64,000 nucleotides of DNA from Podarcis melisellensis (lineage: Eukaryota). Positions 40,718-51,147 of the stretch are shown piece after piece. Location of the stretch: assembly GCA_964234715.1 (NCBI GenBank), contig OZ174283.1; one strand, 5' to 3'. The translations under genes were made by a program, and so were the position numbers. How positions within the stretch are numbered: the first letter of the stretch is position 1; every line of letters begins with the position of its first letter. The notes beneath the pieces were generated by a model that had not been told where the DNA came from, did no database searches, and saw only the letters and a list, made by a program, of their open reading frames with translations.

Positions 40718-43700
40718 AGTGGTGGAGGGCATCAGGGCGACCTCCAGCCATTTGGAATAGGCGTCCACCACTACCATAAAGGTCCGGCCGTGAAAGGGGC
40801 CAGCCAGATCGATGTGCACCCTCGACCAGGGTGTCTTTGGCATCTCCCAGGTGTGTCCCTTAGCTGCCGGTGGTGCAGGCCTCGACTCTTGGCACGCTTG
40901 ACAGGCGGACACCCAGGCAGTGATGGCATCGTCCATATTAGGCCACCAGACGTAACACCGAGCCAATGCCTTCATTTTGACAATTCCCGGGTGGCCAACG
41001 TGCAGAGCCTCCAGGACGCGCTGACGGAGTCCCTGGGGAATCACGACGCGGTCTCCCCACAGCAGACAGCCGCGATGAGCTGAGAGTTCATGTTGTCTGG
41101 TTGCGAAGGGCTGGAACTCCGATGCAAAAGGCCCTTGTGGCCACCCCCTCCACACCCAGTTGAGCACCCGGCTGATGGTGTGATCCTGGGCAGACGCGGA
41201 GGCCACAGTGGTAGCTGATACAGGCACTGCCGGAAGATCCTCAATCAGAAGGAGCGATGAAGCTGGAGCCGGGTCTTCCACAAATGCTGGAAGAGGGCAA
41301 CGGCTGAGGGCGTCGGCATGGCCCATCGATTTCCCCGGGCGATGGATGAGCCGGTAGTGGTAGGCAGCCAGGAAAACAGTCCATCGCAGCATGCGTGGCG
41401 AGAGGACCGGTGGAGTTGGACGATCACCGGCGAGGAGGCCCAGGAGTGGCTTGTGGTCAGTGATGAGGTCAAAAGTCCTGCCATAGAGGTATTCATGGAA
41501 CCTCTTCACTCCAGCCACAAGTGCCAATGCCTCCTTGTCGAGCTGGCTGTAATTCCGTTCCGTCGGAGATAGTGTCCTGGAAAAGTAGGCGAGCAGTGCT
41601 TCTCTTCCATCTGGAAAACGGTGACTAAGGACAGCACCAATGCCAAAAGGTGAGGCGTCGCAGGCAAGGACCAGCGGCCTGGATTCACTGTACTGTACCA
41701 GCACACTGTCTGAAGAAAGGAGAGCCTTGACCGCGTTGAAGGCCGCCGTCTCCCGATGACCCCAGGCCCAAGGCGTCTTAGTGCTAAGGAGTCGGTGAAG
41801 AGGCTCAGCCACTGTGGCTTTGTGGGGCAGGAACATGTTATAAAAGTTCAGCAGCCCCAGGAATGCCTGCAACTCCGTTTTGTTCTTTGGGGTGGGGGCC
41901 TGCTGGATAGCGCGGATCTTGGATGTGGTTGGGTGAAGGCCGGAGGCATCGATAAGATAGCCCAGGAACTCTACCTGTGGAACGGCGATCTGGCACTTCT
42001 CCCTCTTTACCTTGAGCCTGGCCTCTTGGAACCTGGTCAGCACGGCACGGAGGCGCTCGAACAGCTGCTGGTGTGAGTCTGCAGACACCAAGACGTCATC
42101 AAAATATGGTACCACGCCCGGAAGCCCTTGCAGGAGACGCTCCATAAGGCTTTGGAAGATGCCAGGAGCCACACTCACCCCAAACTGCAACCGGCGGCAA
42201 CGGAATGCCCCCCGGTGGGTGACGATCGTCTGGGCTTCAGCAGTGGCATCATCAACTGGCAGTTGTTGATATGCTTGGGCAAGGTCCAGCTTAGCGAAGA
42301 CCTTACCCTCACCCAGGGAATGCAGCAGGTGTTGGACAACAGGAACCGGATAAGCGTGCTGCTGAAGTGCCTTGTTGATCGTGCACTTGTAGTCAGCGCA
42401 GATTCTCACCGACCCATCTGGCTTGACAGGCGTGACGATGGGGGTTTCCCACTTGGCGTGGTCAACCGGCTCCAAAACTCCTTGGGCAATCAGTTTGTCC
42501 AGTTGTTCGTCCACCTTAGCCTTGAGAGCAAAGGGAACCCGGCGTGGCTTTAGCTTGATGGGGGCGACTTGTGGATCAAGGCTAAAGGAGATGGGCGTAC
42601 CTGTATATTGCCCCAAGGTGCCGTCAAAAACCTCGGCAAAGTCTTTGACCAGACCCTCAGTCTCTGCGTTAGAGATGCAGTTGATGCCGGTGACTTCCAG
42701 GCCGAGGGCATCAAACCAGTCTAGCCCTAGGAGGCTTGGCCGCTGACCTTCGACCACCACCAACCGGAGCAGGCCCGAAAAATCCTTGAAGGCGATCCGG
42801 AACCGGCCAACGCCTACCACGGGAATGTCGTTTCCCTGGTAGTCTCTCAGGTGTACGCGGTGAGAGTTGAGTTGCCTCTTGGACACTCTGGGTACCAGTC
42901 TTTTGATGGTGCTCCATGACACGATGGACAGGGCAGACCCGGTGTCGATCTCCATGTCACATGGAGCTCCTTCAATGAGCACCGTGACGTTCAGCTTGCG
43001 TCGCGTAGGCGAGTCGGTTTGGCCAATCGTGGTTCCAGACGGGCAGCGGCAGTTGGTGAGAGCGAAACAACTTTCCTTGGCAGACTGGAGTGAAGACTTG
43101 GACTTGCGAGTCGATGAAGGGGGGGTGTCAGACGGAGCCGATCGGCAGACCTTAGCGATGTGGCCCCTTCTGGAACACTTCCTACAGATGGCGTCTCTGA
43201 ATCGACACTTGGCACGGGAATGGTTGCCTCCGCAGCCGGCACATTCCGGTTGGCCCTTGGACTTCTGTTGGAACTTCCTGCGCTCCCGCTTTGTCTGGTG
43301 CACGTCATCGTCTTCACTGGAGGATGCCTCATCACTGCTGGCCTCTTCATGATGCACCGGAACTGGCTCCCTAGCAAGACGCGGGCTGCTGGACTTGCGG
43401 ATCTCCTGAGCGGAGCGTTCAGCAGCTTCTGAGGCCACAGCCTCCTCAATGGCTTTCTGTAGCGTGAGGTCTGGCTTGGCTAGGAGACGCCGTTGCAGAT
43501 GGATGTCCCGGACCCCGCAGACGATTCGATCCATCAGGGCATCGTCTAAGTCTCGGAACTCACAATGCATTGCAGCCTGGCGCAGGGCGGTGGTGTAGCT
43601 GTTGATTGACTCCCCCTCTGCCTGGTTCCGGTGGTAGAACGCATGGCGGGCAGCAATCTTGGACGGCTTTGGTGCATAGTGGTTGCGGAGCTTCTCTTGG

Positions 43701-43921
43701 ATCGTGTCCCATGGTGTTGCCTGGACTGCTTCAGGCGCAACCAATGCTCGGGCCGTCTCAAACACCTCAGGCCCACAGAGGCTGAGGAATAGGCCCCGCT
43801 TCCGATCCTTTGATACTGCTGTCAGCTCGTTGGCTTGGAGGTAGCAGTCGAACCGAGCGAGGTAGGAGTCCCATGATTCAGAGGCTGGCGCAAACGGCAG
43901 TAGAGGCACAAGTGAAGCCAT
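40670..43921 (-). CDS. Gag-Pol polyprotein (Gag, PR, RT, RNase H, N-part of integrase), frameshifted in the integrase core
   Basis: CAGCGGNHSRAKC and CRKCSRRGHIAKVC knuckles, IDTGSA protease, CADYK/LDLAQAY/YFDD RT, ACDAS RNase H, HVGHPG..CQAC zinc domain, HIDLAGP first catalytic Asp. Confidence 0.95.
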   Translation of the reverse strand: MASLVPLLPFAPASESWDSYLARFDCYLQANELTAVSKDRKRGLFLSLCGPEVFETARALVAPEAVQATPWDTIQEKLRNHYAPKPSKIAARHAFYHRNQAEGESINSYTTALRQAAMHCEFRDLDDALMDRIVCGVRDIHLQRRLLAKPDLTLQKAIEEAVASEAAERSAQEIRKSSSPRLAREPVPVHHEEASSDEASSSEDDDVHQTKRERRKFQQKSKGQPECAGCGGNHSRAKCRFRDAICRKCSRRGHIAKVCRSAPSDTPPSSTRKSKSSLQSAKESCFALTNCRCPSGTTIGQTDSPTRRKLNVTVLIEGAPCDMEIDTGSALSIVSWSTIKRLVPRVSKRQLNSHRVHLRDYQGNDIPVVGVGRFRIAFKDFSGLLRLVVVEGQRPSLLGLDWFDALGLEVTGINCISNAETEGLVKDFAEVFDGTLGQYTGTPISFSLDPQVAPIKLKPRRVPFALKAKVDEQLDKLIAQGVLEPVDHAKWETPIVTPVKPDGSVRICADYKCTINKALQQHAYPVPVVQHLLHSLGEGKVFAKLDLAQAYQQLPVDDATAEAQTIVTHRGAFRCRRLQFGVSVAPGIFQSLMERLLQGLPGVVPYFDDVLVSADSHQQLFERLRAVLTRFQEARLKVKREKCQIAVPQVEFLGYLIDASGLHPTTSKIRAIQQAPTPKNKTELQAFLGLLNFYNMFLPHKATVAEPLHRLLSTKTPWAWGHRETAAFNAVKALLSSDSVLVQYSESRPLVLACDASPFGIGAVLSHRFPDGREALLAYFSRTLSPTERNYSQLDKEALALVAGVKRFHEYLYGRTFDLITDHKPLLGLLAGDRPTPPVLSPRMLRWTVFLAAYHYRLIHRPGKSMGHADALSRCPLPAFVEDPAPASSLLLIEDLPAVPVSATTVASASAQDHTISRVLNWVWRGWPQGPFASEFQPFATRQHELSAHRGCLLWGDRVVIPQGLRQRVLEALHVGHPGIVKMKALARCYVWWPNMDDAITAWVSACQACQESRPAPPAAKGHTWEMPKTPWSRVHIDLAGPFHGRTFMVVVDAYSKWLEVALMPSTTPPLSGIFWDWASAMP

Positions 43922-44097
43922 GATTCCGATGCCGGCGTGAAGGGCGATGGATGGAACACAGTGCTCTAGCCAGAACAGTCAGCTCTGAATTGGTTCTGCC
44001 CAGTGATTTCGCTCAGTGATTTCGCTCTGTGATTCAGCTCAGTGATTCAGCTCAGTTCAGAGGCTGGCCGCATCTGGCTGTGCTCTGATGTCCATCC

Positions 44098-44115
44098 ATC
44101 CCACCTTCGTCGCCA
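44098..44115 (-). promoter_or_regulatory. Primer-binding site, complementary to tRNA-Ser(GCT) 3' end
   Basis: - strand TGGCGACGAAGGTGGGAT, 1 nt from the LTR. The + strand ATCCCACCTTCGTCGCCA corresponds to the vertebrate tRNA-Ser(GCT) 3' 18 nt as recalled. Confidence 0.85.
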
Positions 44116-44116
44116 G

Positions 44117-44381
44117 TATTAAGTTGTGGGTTGACATAGCAGCCGGCACAGCGATTTCTTCAAGTAGCTCTTTATTTTGTAAGCTGGAATAGAACTGACT
44201 GCAAACAGCTCAGCCGGCCTGCTTTTATAGGCAGCCGGCTGTCAACATTGTAACAACCACAGCCCAGAGTTCCCGCCTAAAATAACTGCTGCGGACCTGA
44301 GTGAAAACTATCTACAGACCTGAGTGAAAACTATATACAGTATCCCCCTGTTGGCCCAGGGTGAAACTACACTACATAACA
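44117..44381 (-). repeat. 5' LTR (265 bp)
   Basis: On +: tattaagttg...cataaca. On -: TATAAAA box and AATAAA signal. Internal tandem duplication gacctgagtgaaaactat(c/a)taca. Adjacent to the PBS. Confidence 0.95.
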
Positions 44382-44942
44382 GACAATATAGGTGCCTTTC
44401 TGGGGTTAACAAGACATATTGCTAGAGGTTCACTGGCATACTGGCAGAAATGTTTCACCAGTATAGATTTTCTTCCAGCATTGTCAGACTGTCAGAACAG
44501 GGGAAAATGAGACACATGGAGTGTGGTTGTGCATACACCATATAACACAGCCCTTGCCATGCCTTCAGAATTGGCAGACTATACTGAATCAGTGAAATGA
44601 GCTACTATAGTTCATTACCTCCCATTATAGTCATTGGGAGTGAAAAACTCTTCTCAGCTGGGCAATGAATCTGGCAGTCATTGTGTCAGGGAATTTTCTT
44701 TCTCCATCAAGATACAGGTAAATTTTTGTTTATTAAATTGTCCCAGGACAACTACTTATTTTTAGGAGAAAATGCTGTATTTAATATTTGCTTTTTCATT
44801 CCTCATTACCACATCACAATTAATACAGCTTTAAGAACTAAATGACTTTTATCATCAGCCTCACTAATTAAAATTGGCTTCTGTCTATTAATACTAAACC
44901 AGCTTTATCTATCAGTTAAAACTTGCCACCAGTAATCTAGCA

Positions 44943-45102
44943 CAGGGTTTCCCAAATTTAGGCCTCAAGCTGTTTTTGGACTACTGTTCCCATCATCCTT
45001 GACCACTGGTCCTGCTAGCTAGGGATGATGGGAGTTGTAGTCCAAAAACAGCTGGAGACTCAATTTTGGGAAACCCTGGAGACTCAGTTTTGGGAAACCC
45101 TG
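44943..45102. mobile_element. Palindromic hAT-type MITE related to 28407/28694, with a terminal tandem duplication
   Basis: cagggtttcccaaa...cctgctagctaggg...ggagactca(a/g)ttttgggaaaccctg present twice. Confidence 0.75.
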
Positions 45103-45628
45103 TGGAAAACCATGGAATCTTTAATGTCACCTGCCATTATATTGCTACACTTAGGCTTTTCTTGCAGCCAGTATTCAACATACTGTACCATGTTTGAGGA
45201 TAGGTGAGATGAATAGGTGTTGTTTTAATAAAAATGGTACAGTGCAAATAATTATATTCACTGATACATTTGTCTTACATTTTGGGGGGACGAGAGTTTC
45301 AATGAGTTGCCCATTGGACACTCTCACTTGAAAAAGTGGGGGAAGGAAATATGTGCAGATTCTTCCTTACCCCTGCAGCCCCCTGAAGAGCTGTTCTCAA
45401 GAGCTGGGGGTCTCCCTGGAACAGTGTGGTTGATGGTTGGAGGATTTGCCAGGGCAGGGGGTGGATTGGCCAAAACTGCCCCCTCCTTTCCTTGCTGGGA
45501 GACCCTGCTGAATCTTAGTCCCTTCTGCAAAGAAGTCTTATCTTTTCATGAAAAGGATGCTCTGAAGCCAAACCATAGACTTGTTTTAGCTTATCTTGTT
45601 CTTACCCTTTTCTTCATTTCGTCTCCAG

Positions 45629-45787
45629 AAAAAGAGCAGCGGTTCAGGCAGCAGTGTGGCGGATGAAAGAGTGGATTATGTTGTAGTTGACCAGCAGAAA
45701 ACACTAGCGCTGAAGAGTACGCGGGAAGCTTGGACAGACGGGAGGCAATCCACAGAATCTGAAACGCTAACTAAAAGTGTAAAATGA
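45629..45787 (+). CDS. GAB1: GAB1 last coding exon (YVVV SHP2 site, stop)
   Basis: ctccag|AAA...AAA TGA, 159 nt. [52 protein letters not shown]. Confidence 0.97.
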   Translation, partial: KKSSGSGSSVADERVDYVVVDQQKTLALKSTREAWTDGRQSTESETLTKSVK

Positions 45788-47540
45788 AAGAAAAAAAAGA
45801 GAATCCTCTTGTCATCCTCCTCAAATTTATAAAAAGAGCTGCAGTTATGCCATTAACTGATGGAAGAGTACTGGACAATTCTTGAATGATTCCCCGCCCC
45901 CCCCCCCCAAGTTATATGAAAATCAAGGTGATACCATGAGATAAAACAGTAACCTGTGGCATCTGGGTAGATCATACAATGTAAAATAATGTGTAAAATA
46001 GTATTGCTTAGGTCCCAGAGAGGTTTTGGCCTGAAGTTAACACATTTGTAGTATTACAATGTCTTATGCACTTTCCCCCCGTTAAAATGTTGGTTCAGCT
46101 TTCCCCGGCTAATGTACTTCTAACACCTTTTTCTCCCAACACTACTATATTTTATAGCATTCTAGAAAGTAAGCTACTTATGATATAGAAATCAAGGTCT
46201 GAAGTGCGTTTTAACAGCTCAAAAATGAATTAATAAGAAATAGTTTCACAATTTTAATCTACTTGAAATGTCAAGAGATGATTTGTTAAATACCTATGTT
46301 TTATATTTAATACATGCGAAGAATATTTGGAAGGCTACAGGTTACCTTCCTAACAGACATGGCTGTGACTTAATAATAGTCATTATTGGTTTTAGGATCT
46401 ACCCTTCTGTCTTATGCAATATCATACCAATACTGGAGCTCCTGTTGTAGTTTCATTCGTGACAGTGTTCATATTCAGTGAGCAAAGATTCTGCAGGGAG
46501 GGATCTTTTGTACTGAAGAATTAAACTTCGCATAGTCCTGCAAATCACTGATGGGGTGCAGTAATGAGTAACCTTACACTTCATTTGCAAACCATTACTT
46601 TTACATTATTTACAGAAGGTAGGCTCTCTTGAGATCAGGTACGTACATAGCACTGTGGTGCTAACACACTTATCAGGTTTAAACAACAAGTTTTAAGTTT
46701 TCTACTTCTACCAAGCCTTAATATTGGTTTTCAGTATGAAAATTAAAGAGACAGTTTGACATTCACTGTTTGTAGTACTAGAAAATACTGTGATTTTTTT
46801 AAAAGTAGAATTCAGACTATGAGCGTTATTCACCATATTCACTGTAGACCTGTTGAAATCAATGGACTTAATGTCCAGTGAGCTCAGTGGTTCAACTCTG
46901 ACTTGGTAGGATATAATCCTAGGTCTTGATACCATAGTGCTCTTTTAATGATCCTTATTATGCCTAGTTTCCTGCTTGGCCTTATATTTAAATTCCTATG
47001 CAATTGATATCTCTTAACATTTTGTGTTGTTGTTTTTAAAGAAAGGTGGTATGTTGAAGTGATCTCATTCCCTCTCTTCTTTTTTGATAAAGTTCTTTCC
47101 CCAGGTACAGAGTCCATATTGAGTACTTTGTTCTATTAATTCTCTACCCCTCCTTCAAATAGCAGCCTCTCCTAAATTAGAAACCAGATTTAGTTGCAAG
47201 GAAGAAAATGTACACCTTAATCAATCCATTAATCTTGTTATAATGGCAAATTACTAATTCATTCTCACACGGATGCATTAAAGAAAATTCTTCTCCATAC
47301 CTCTTGAGTTACAAATGAACATAGAAATACATTAGTATTGTTTTAATGAATGCTGGCCTTAATACTGTGCCTAATTTCCTGTTGTCACCCCCTCAATAGT
47401 ATGTAAATTGTCTTTATTCCTAACATGGTTTCTTTTTAAATTAGAAATATTTTGATGTTTTCAATATTTTTTTTTTGTAAAATAAAAACTAAACATGTTT
47501 CATTCTGAGATGAATTTTAAATAAATTCAAGTTGTTCTGG
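45788..47540 (+). other. GAB1: GAB1 3'UTR (probable extent) with candidate polyA signals
   Basis: AT-rich and free of obvious repeats after the stop. AATAAA at 47481 and about 47520, followed by GT-rich sequence. The true end is not provable from sequence alone. Confidence 0.55.
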
Positions 47541-47920
47541 TTAACACGTGTGCAGTTGTCTGAAACTCACAAAACAGCAATGTATTTACAAAGCTCTTGA
47601 GTTGCCAATTTCCGGTGCCTTTGAATGTAGATTATTAACCCAGCCTAGAAGTTGTGAACTATCTCAAAAAGATGATAGCAACCATGGCAGCATTTTATCC
47701 AGTCTTCTTGTCCTGCTAGCATTTTTTTCTGTTATTTTCTACTTTGTCTCTATTTTCTCAGCAATCTTTACAGCTTTAAAAAGACAAGCCCATTCATCAC
47801 TTGGATAGGCCACCACCTCATTTTTCTTACTGATTAGGTGGGAGAAGGAAAGATTGAATTGAGGAAACAGCAGCAGCACTTCCGTTTTGCTGCCAGGGAA
47901 AGTACATTTTTAAAACAAGG

Positions 47921-48178
47921 CGTTAAGTTGTGGGTGAACATATCAGACCACACAGCGATTCTTCAAACAGCTCTTGTTTATTCACAGGCCAGAACAGAAC
48001 TGAACTGAAGGGTTCAGCCAGCCTGCTTATATAGAGCTCCACTAGAACGCAACAGTAACCATTTTCTGTAACTATCCAATCACTGAACGTCACTTTCGAT
48101 CCCTTATTTGCATATGTGGACCTGATCTATCTACAGTATCCCCCTGCTGGCCCAGGGTGAGAACTTCAGTACATAACA
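47921..48178 (-). mobile_element. Solo LTR related to the Gypsy LTRs
   Basis: cgttaagttgtggg...cagtatccccctgctggcccagggtga...acataaca. Perfect 5-bp TSD CAAGG at 47916-47920 and 48179-48183. Confidence 0.9.
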
Positions 48179-48393
48179 CAAGGCTTGCCCATATCTTGGC
48201 TTAATGTGGATTGTGAAGCATTTATTTCTTCTTGAATCCATCCACTCCTACCCCCACATCCATGTAGTGTTCTCTGTCTACTGCCATCCCACACTTTATC
48301 CTCCCAAAATCTGAGGATTCCCTACGCAGTTAATGTAGCTCTCCTATTCAGATTTTCAAAGTTTAGGGCTTCACAGTCCACATCAAATCTAGG

Positions 48394-48549
48394 CATAGCT
48401 GTCAACTTTCAGATTTGAAAATAAGGGATCAGCAGCCTCACCTGTCCCAGGGACAGTCTATGGGATATCTAACAATCCAGGATAGCAGCGGGAAACAGCG
48501 CTGGAATAAGGGAATTTCCCACACACAAAAAGAAAGGTTGGCAGCTATG
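48394..48549. mobile_element. hAT-type MITE
   Basis: TIR catagctgtcaac/gttggcagctatg. TSD aatctagg/aatcaagg. Confidence 0.8.
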
Positions 48550-48644
48550 AATCAAGGTATGGTCAGGCCCTTAGTTAGGTAAATGCAATGAGAGTTCTTT
48601 TTAATAATTAGAATTTTTGAGCAAGAATTTACAGACCGTATAAA

Positions 48645-48863
48645 CAGTGGTGTCCAAACTTTTTTCAAAGAGAGTCAGATGTGATGAAGTGAAGGGCCGT
48701 GAGGGCCGACGAATGGGCCATCCAAAGTTGTTAACCTATTTTAGGATTGAAGTTGTTGAGCTTTTTTAGGATTTTACTCCCGGAAATAAACTGCCAAAAG
48801 GGGCCGGATTAAACCGGCCGGTGGGCCAGATTAGGCCCCCGAAATGGACTTTGGACATGCCTG
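48645..48863. mobile_element. hAT-type MITE
   Basis: cagtggtgtccaaac...tttggacatgcctg, flanked by gtataaa on both sides. Confidence 0.7.
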
Positions 48864-49403
48864 GTATAAAGGATAGTGCACTGAAAGGCATCACTTGTCC
48901 AAGCTTTTCCAAGCATTTTTCTTTAACTGGGCCAATCTGGATTCTACACAACCATGTAGATTTTTTGTAGGAGCAGAAAGCATTTCTTCTCATGCATAGC
49001 AATTTCTACCATTGTGTCTCTGCCTACCAGCTGTATCCCACTGTCACATTCCACACAGTTCCAAGCGGTTCCCCCAACCTCAAGAAGGGAACAGGTTGCA
49101 GTGGAACAGAGCAGCCAGGAAAGCCCCATAATGGGCCTTATTGGGGTTATAAACTATGGTACTACCTAAGTGGAACTTTTTATTTTTGCTGATGGGCCTG
49201 GAGTACAGAGTGCCTTGCATTCCCAGTAATAGCAATGCTTTCAAACGATGACAGTGATGTAAATTATGAACTAAATTAGCACTTCCTCAACTACACCCAC
49301 ACACAATATTTCGTTTGAGGATTCGTGGAGACCCAATTCCCTTTTATATTGTCAGTGTAAACACAAGAAGATTTATAATAGGAAGAGGAACTTTGTGTAC
49401 ATA

Positions 49404-49558
49404 CCGTATTTTTCCATCTATAAGATGCCCCCATGTATAAGACTATTTTGGGAGACTCAGATTTAAGAAAATGGGGGAGATGTATCCGTGCATAAGATGC
49501 CTCCTAATTTTTGACATTATTTTTAGGGGGGGCTAGTCTTATACACAGAAAATAGGGT
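49404..49558. mobile_element. Tc1/mariner (TA-flanked) MITE
   Basis: ccgtatttttccatctataagatg...cttatacacagaaaataggg. Related inverted copy at 62258-62421. Confidence 0.7.
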
Positions 49559-50834
49559 AATTTCGATTGCATGCAAAGGAGAATACGTAGCTTAGCTCTT
49601 ACCGTGATTTGTATTGCTGATACTATATACGCCAACCTCAAATTCAAAATAAAAAAAATAGGGAAGCTACTGTTGAAAACAAATTTATAGCTTTGATGCC
49701 AAACAAATATATTGGGTTGTTAATGGTATAAAGGTGTATTGTTTATCCATGGGGTGTGACTACAGTTTTAACATTTTACAAGGCAACTGGGACACATACT
49801 GAAACTTCCACAAGACTTAATTCAACATGCATATCAGTTGAAAAGAATTAACTCTCACTGGCATTAACATGGAACTATATATTTCTGTGAATCTGCTCAC
49901 CTTTCCTGCATACTCAGAACCTATAATGTATGTAACACTAAACTAAGCAATGGGTTAGTATGGTAGCAGCAGGACAGAGAGAAGCAGCAAAGTGGCTATG
50001 ATTTTCTCTCTGGGGACCTGTACACTTGCTTGTTTTCACTTAGCCACACCACTACTGCCCATTGTATTACAGTAGTGTGTTCTGGTTAGCATTTATCAAG
50101 CTGTCTTATAAGGAGGTAGCAAAACAGAAATAGTAATTATATCAGATTATATATTTCATTGAGCCAACCAGTTGTTTACAACTTTACCGGTGAAACTGAA
50201 TATGTTACATGGCTAGCCTGGTGGCTGCTCTCAAAACGGAGAAAATGAGTAGCAGATTATGTAAAGCCAAGAACATAGATCAAAACGAATTAGATTTGCA
50301 AATACTACACATTTGGATCTGCGACATTGTTGTTGAAATATGAGATCCTAGTAATTTCTCTTGGCAAGACCTAACAGCCTACTATTTAGTTCTTATTTCA
50401 GTCGGTCCCTGAAGAGATGTTCCAAATACATCCACAAAGCCATGATTGGTGGTGAGCTCCCTCTTGTGTATGGCAGTGGAAGGAGGCCTCCTCCAATATC
50501 CCTGTAGATCAGAGCTTTCCACACTTTTCATGTTCGTGACACACATGACACAGTACACACACTCCATTTGACTGGGAATGCCCATCAACTTTGTGGGGGC
50601 CCAATCTCCTCAAATATTCTATTGTGTGGGCCAAAGCTCCCACGGCCCCTAGGAGTTGGCTACCATGTCCACCAGTATTTCCTCTCCTTTGTGGATCATC
50701 CATTCTTGAAATGGATAACTATCAGCAATTTAGCCAATGAAACATAATGTATAGGTTATGAGATCTTCCAAGAGGGTTCAGCCCATCACAAAAGTGAGGC
50801 TTCATGCTTCTTTGAGGGTTAACTGGCTAGTATG

Positions 50835-51147
50835 ACCTATCCATTCTTAAGGAAATCATCCTTGACTTCTCACTGGAAGGACAGATTGTGAAGCTGAGGC
50901 TCCAATACGTTGGCCACCTCATGAGAAGAGAAGACTCCCTGGAAAAGACCCTGATGTTGGGAAAGATTGAGGGCACAAGGAGAAGGGGACGGCAGAGGAT
51001 GAGATGGTTGGACAGTGTTCTCGAAGCTACCAGCATGAGTTTGACCAAACTGCGGGAGGCAGTGGAAGACAGGAGTGCCTGGTGTGCTCTGGTCCATGGG
51101 GTCACGAAGAGTCAGACACGACTAAACGACTAAACAACAACGACAAT
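50835..51147 (+). mobile_element. BovB (RTE) LINE 3' end
   Basis: KLRLQYVGHLMRREDSLEKTLMLGKIEGTRRRGRQRMRWLD...VHGVTKSQTRLND, (CAA)n tail. Confidence 0.92.

Larger units (their letters stand above)
39545..44381 (-). mobile_element. Ty3/Gypsy (Mag-like) LTR retrotransposon in GAB1 intron 10, antisense
   Basis: Two LTRs, PBS, PPT, and a gag-pol ORF in the order Gag-PR-RT-RH-IN. Two CCHC knuckles; no env or chromodomain seen. Confidence 0.97.

Noticed and set aside
40128-43776. Overlapping and antisense ORFs inside the Gypsy element
   Set aside because: Shadow ORFs of GC-rich gag-pol; no env-like or other domain seen.
44098-44115. tRNA gene
   Set aside because: Only the 18-nt 3' end including CCA is present; it is the retrotransposon PBS.
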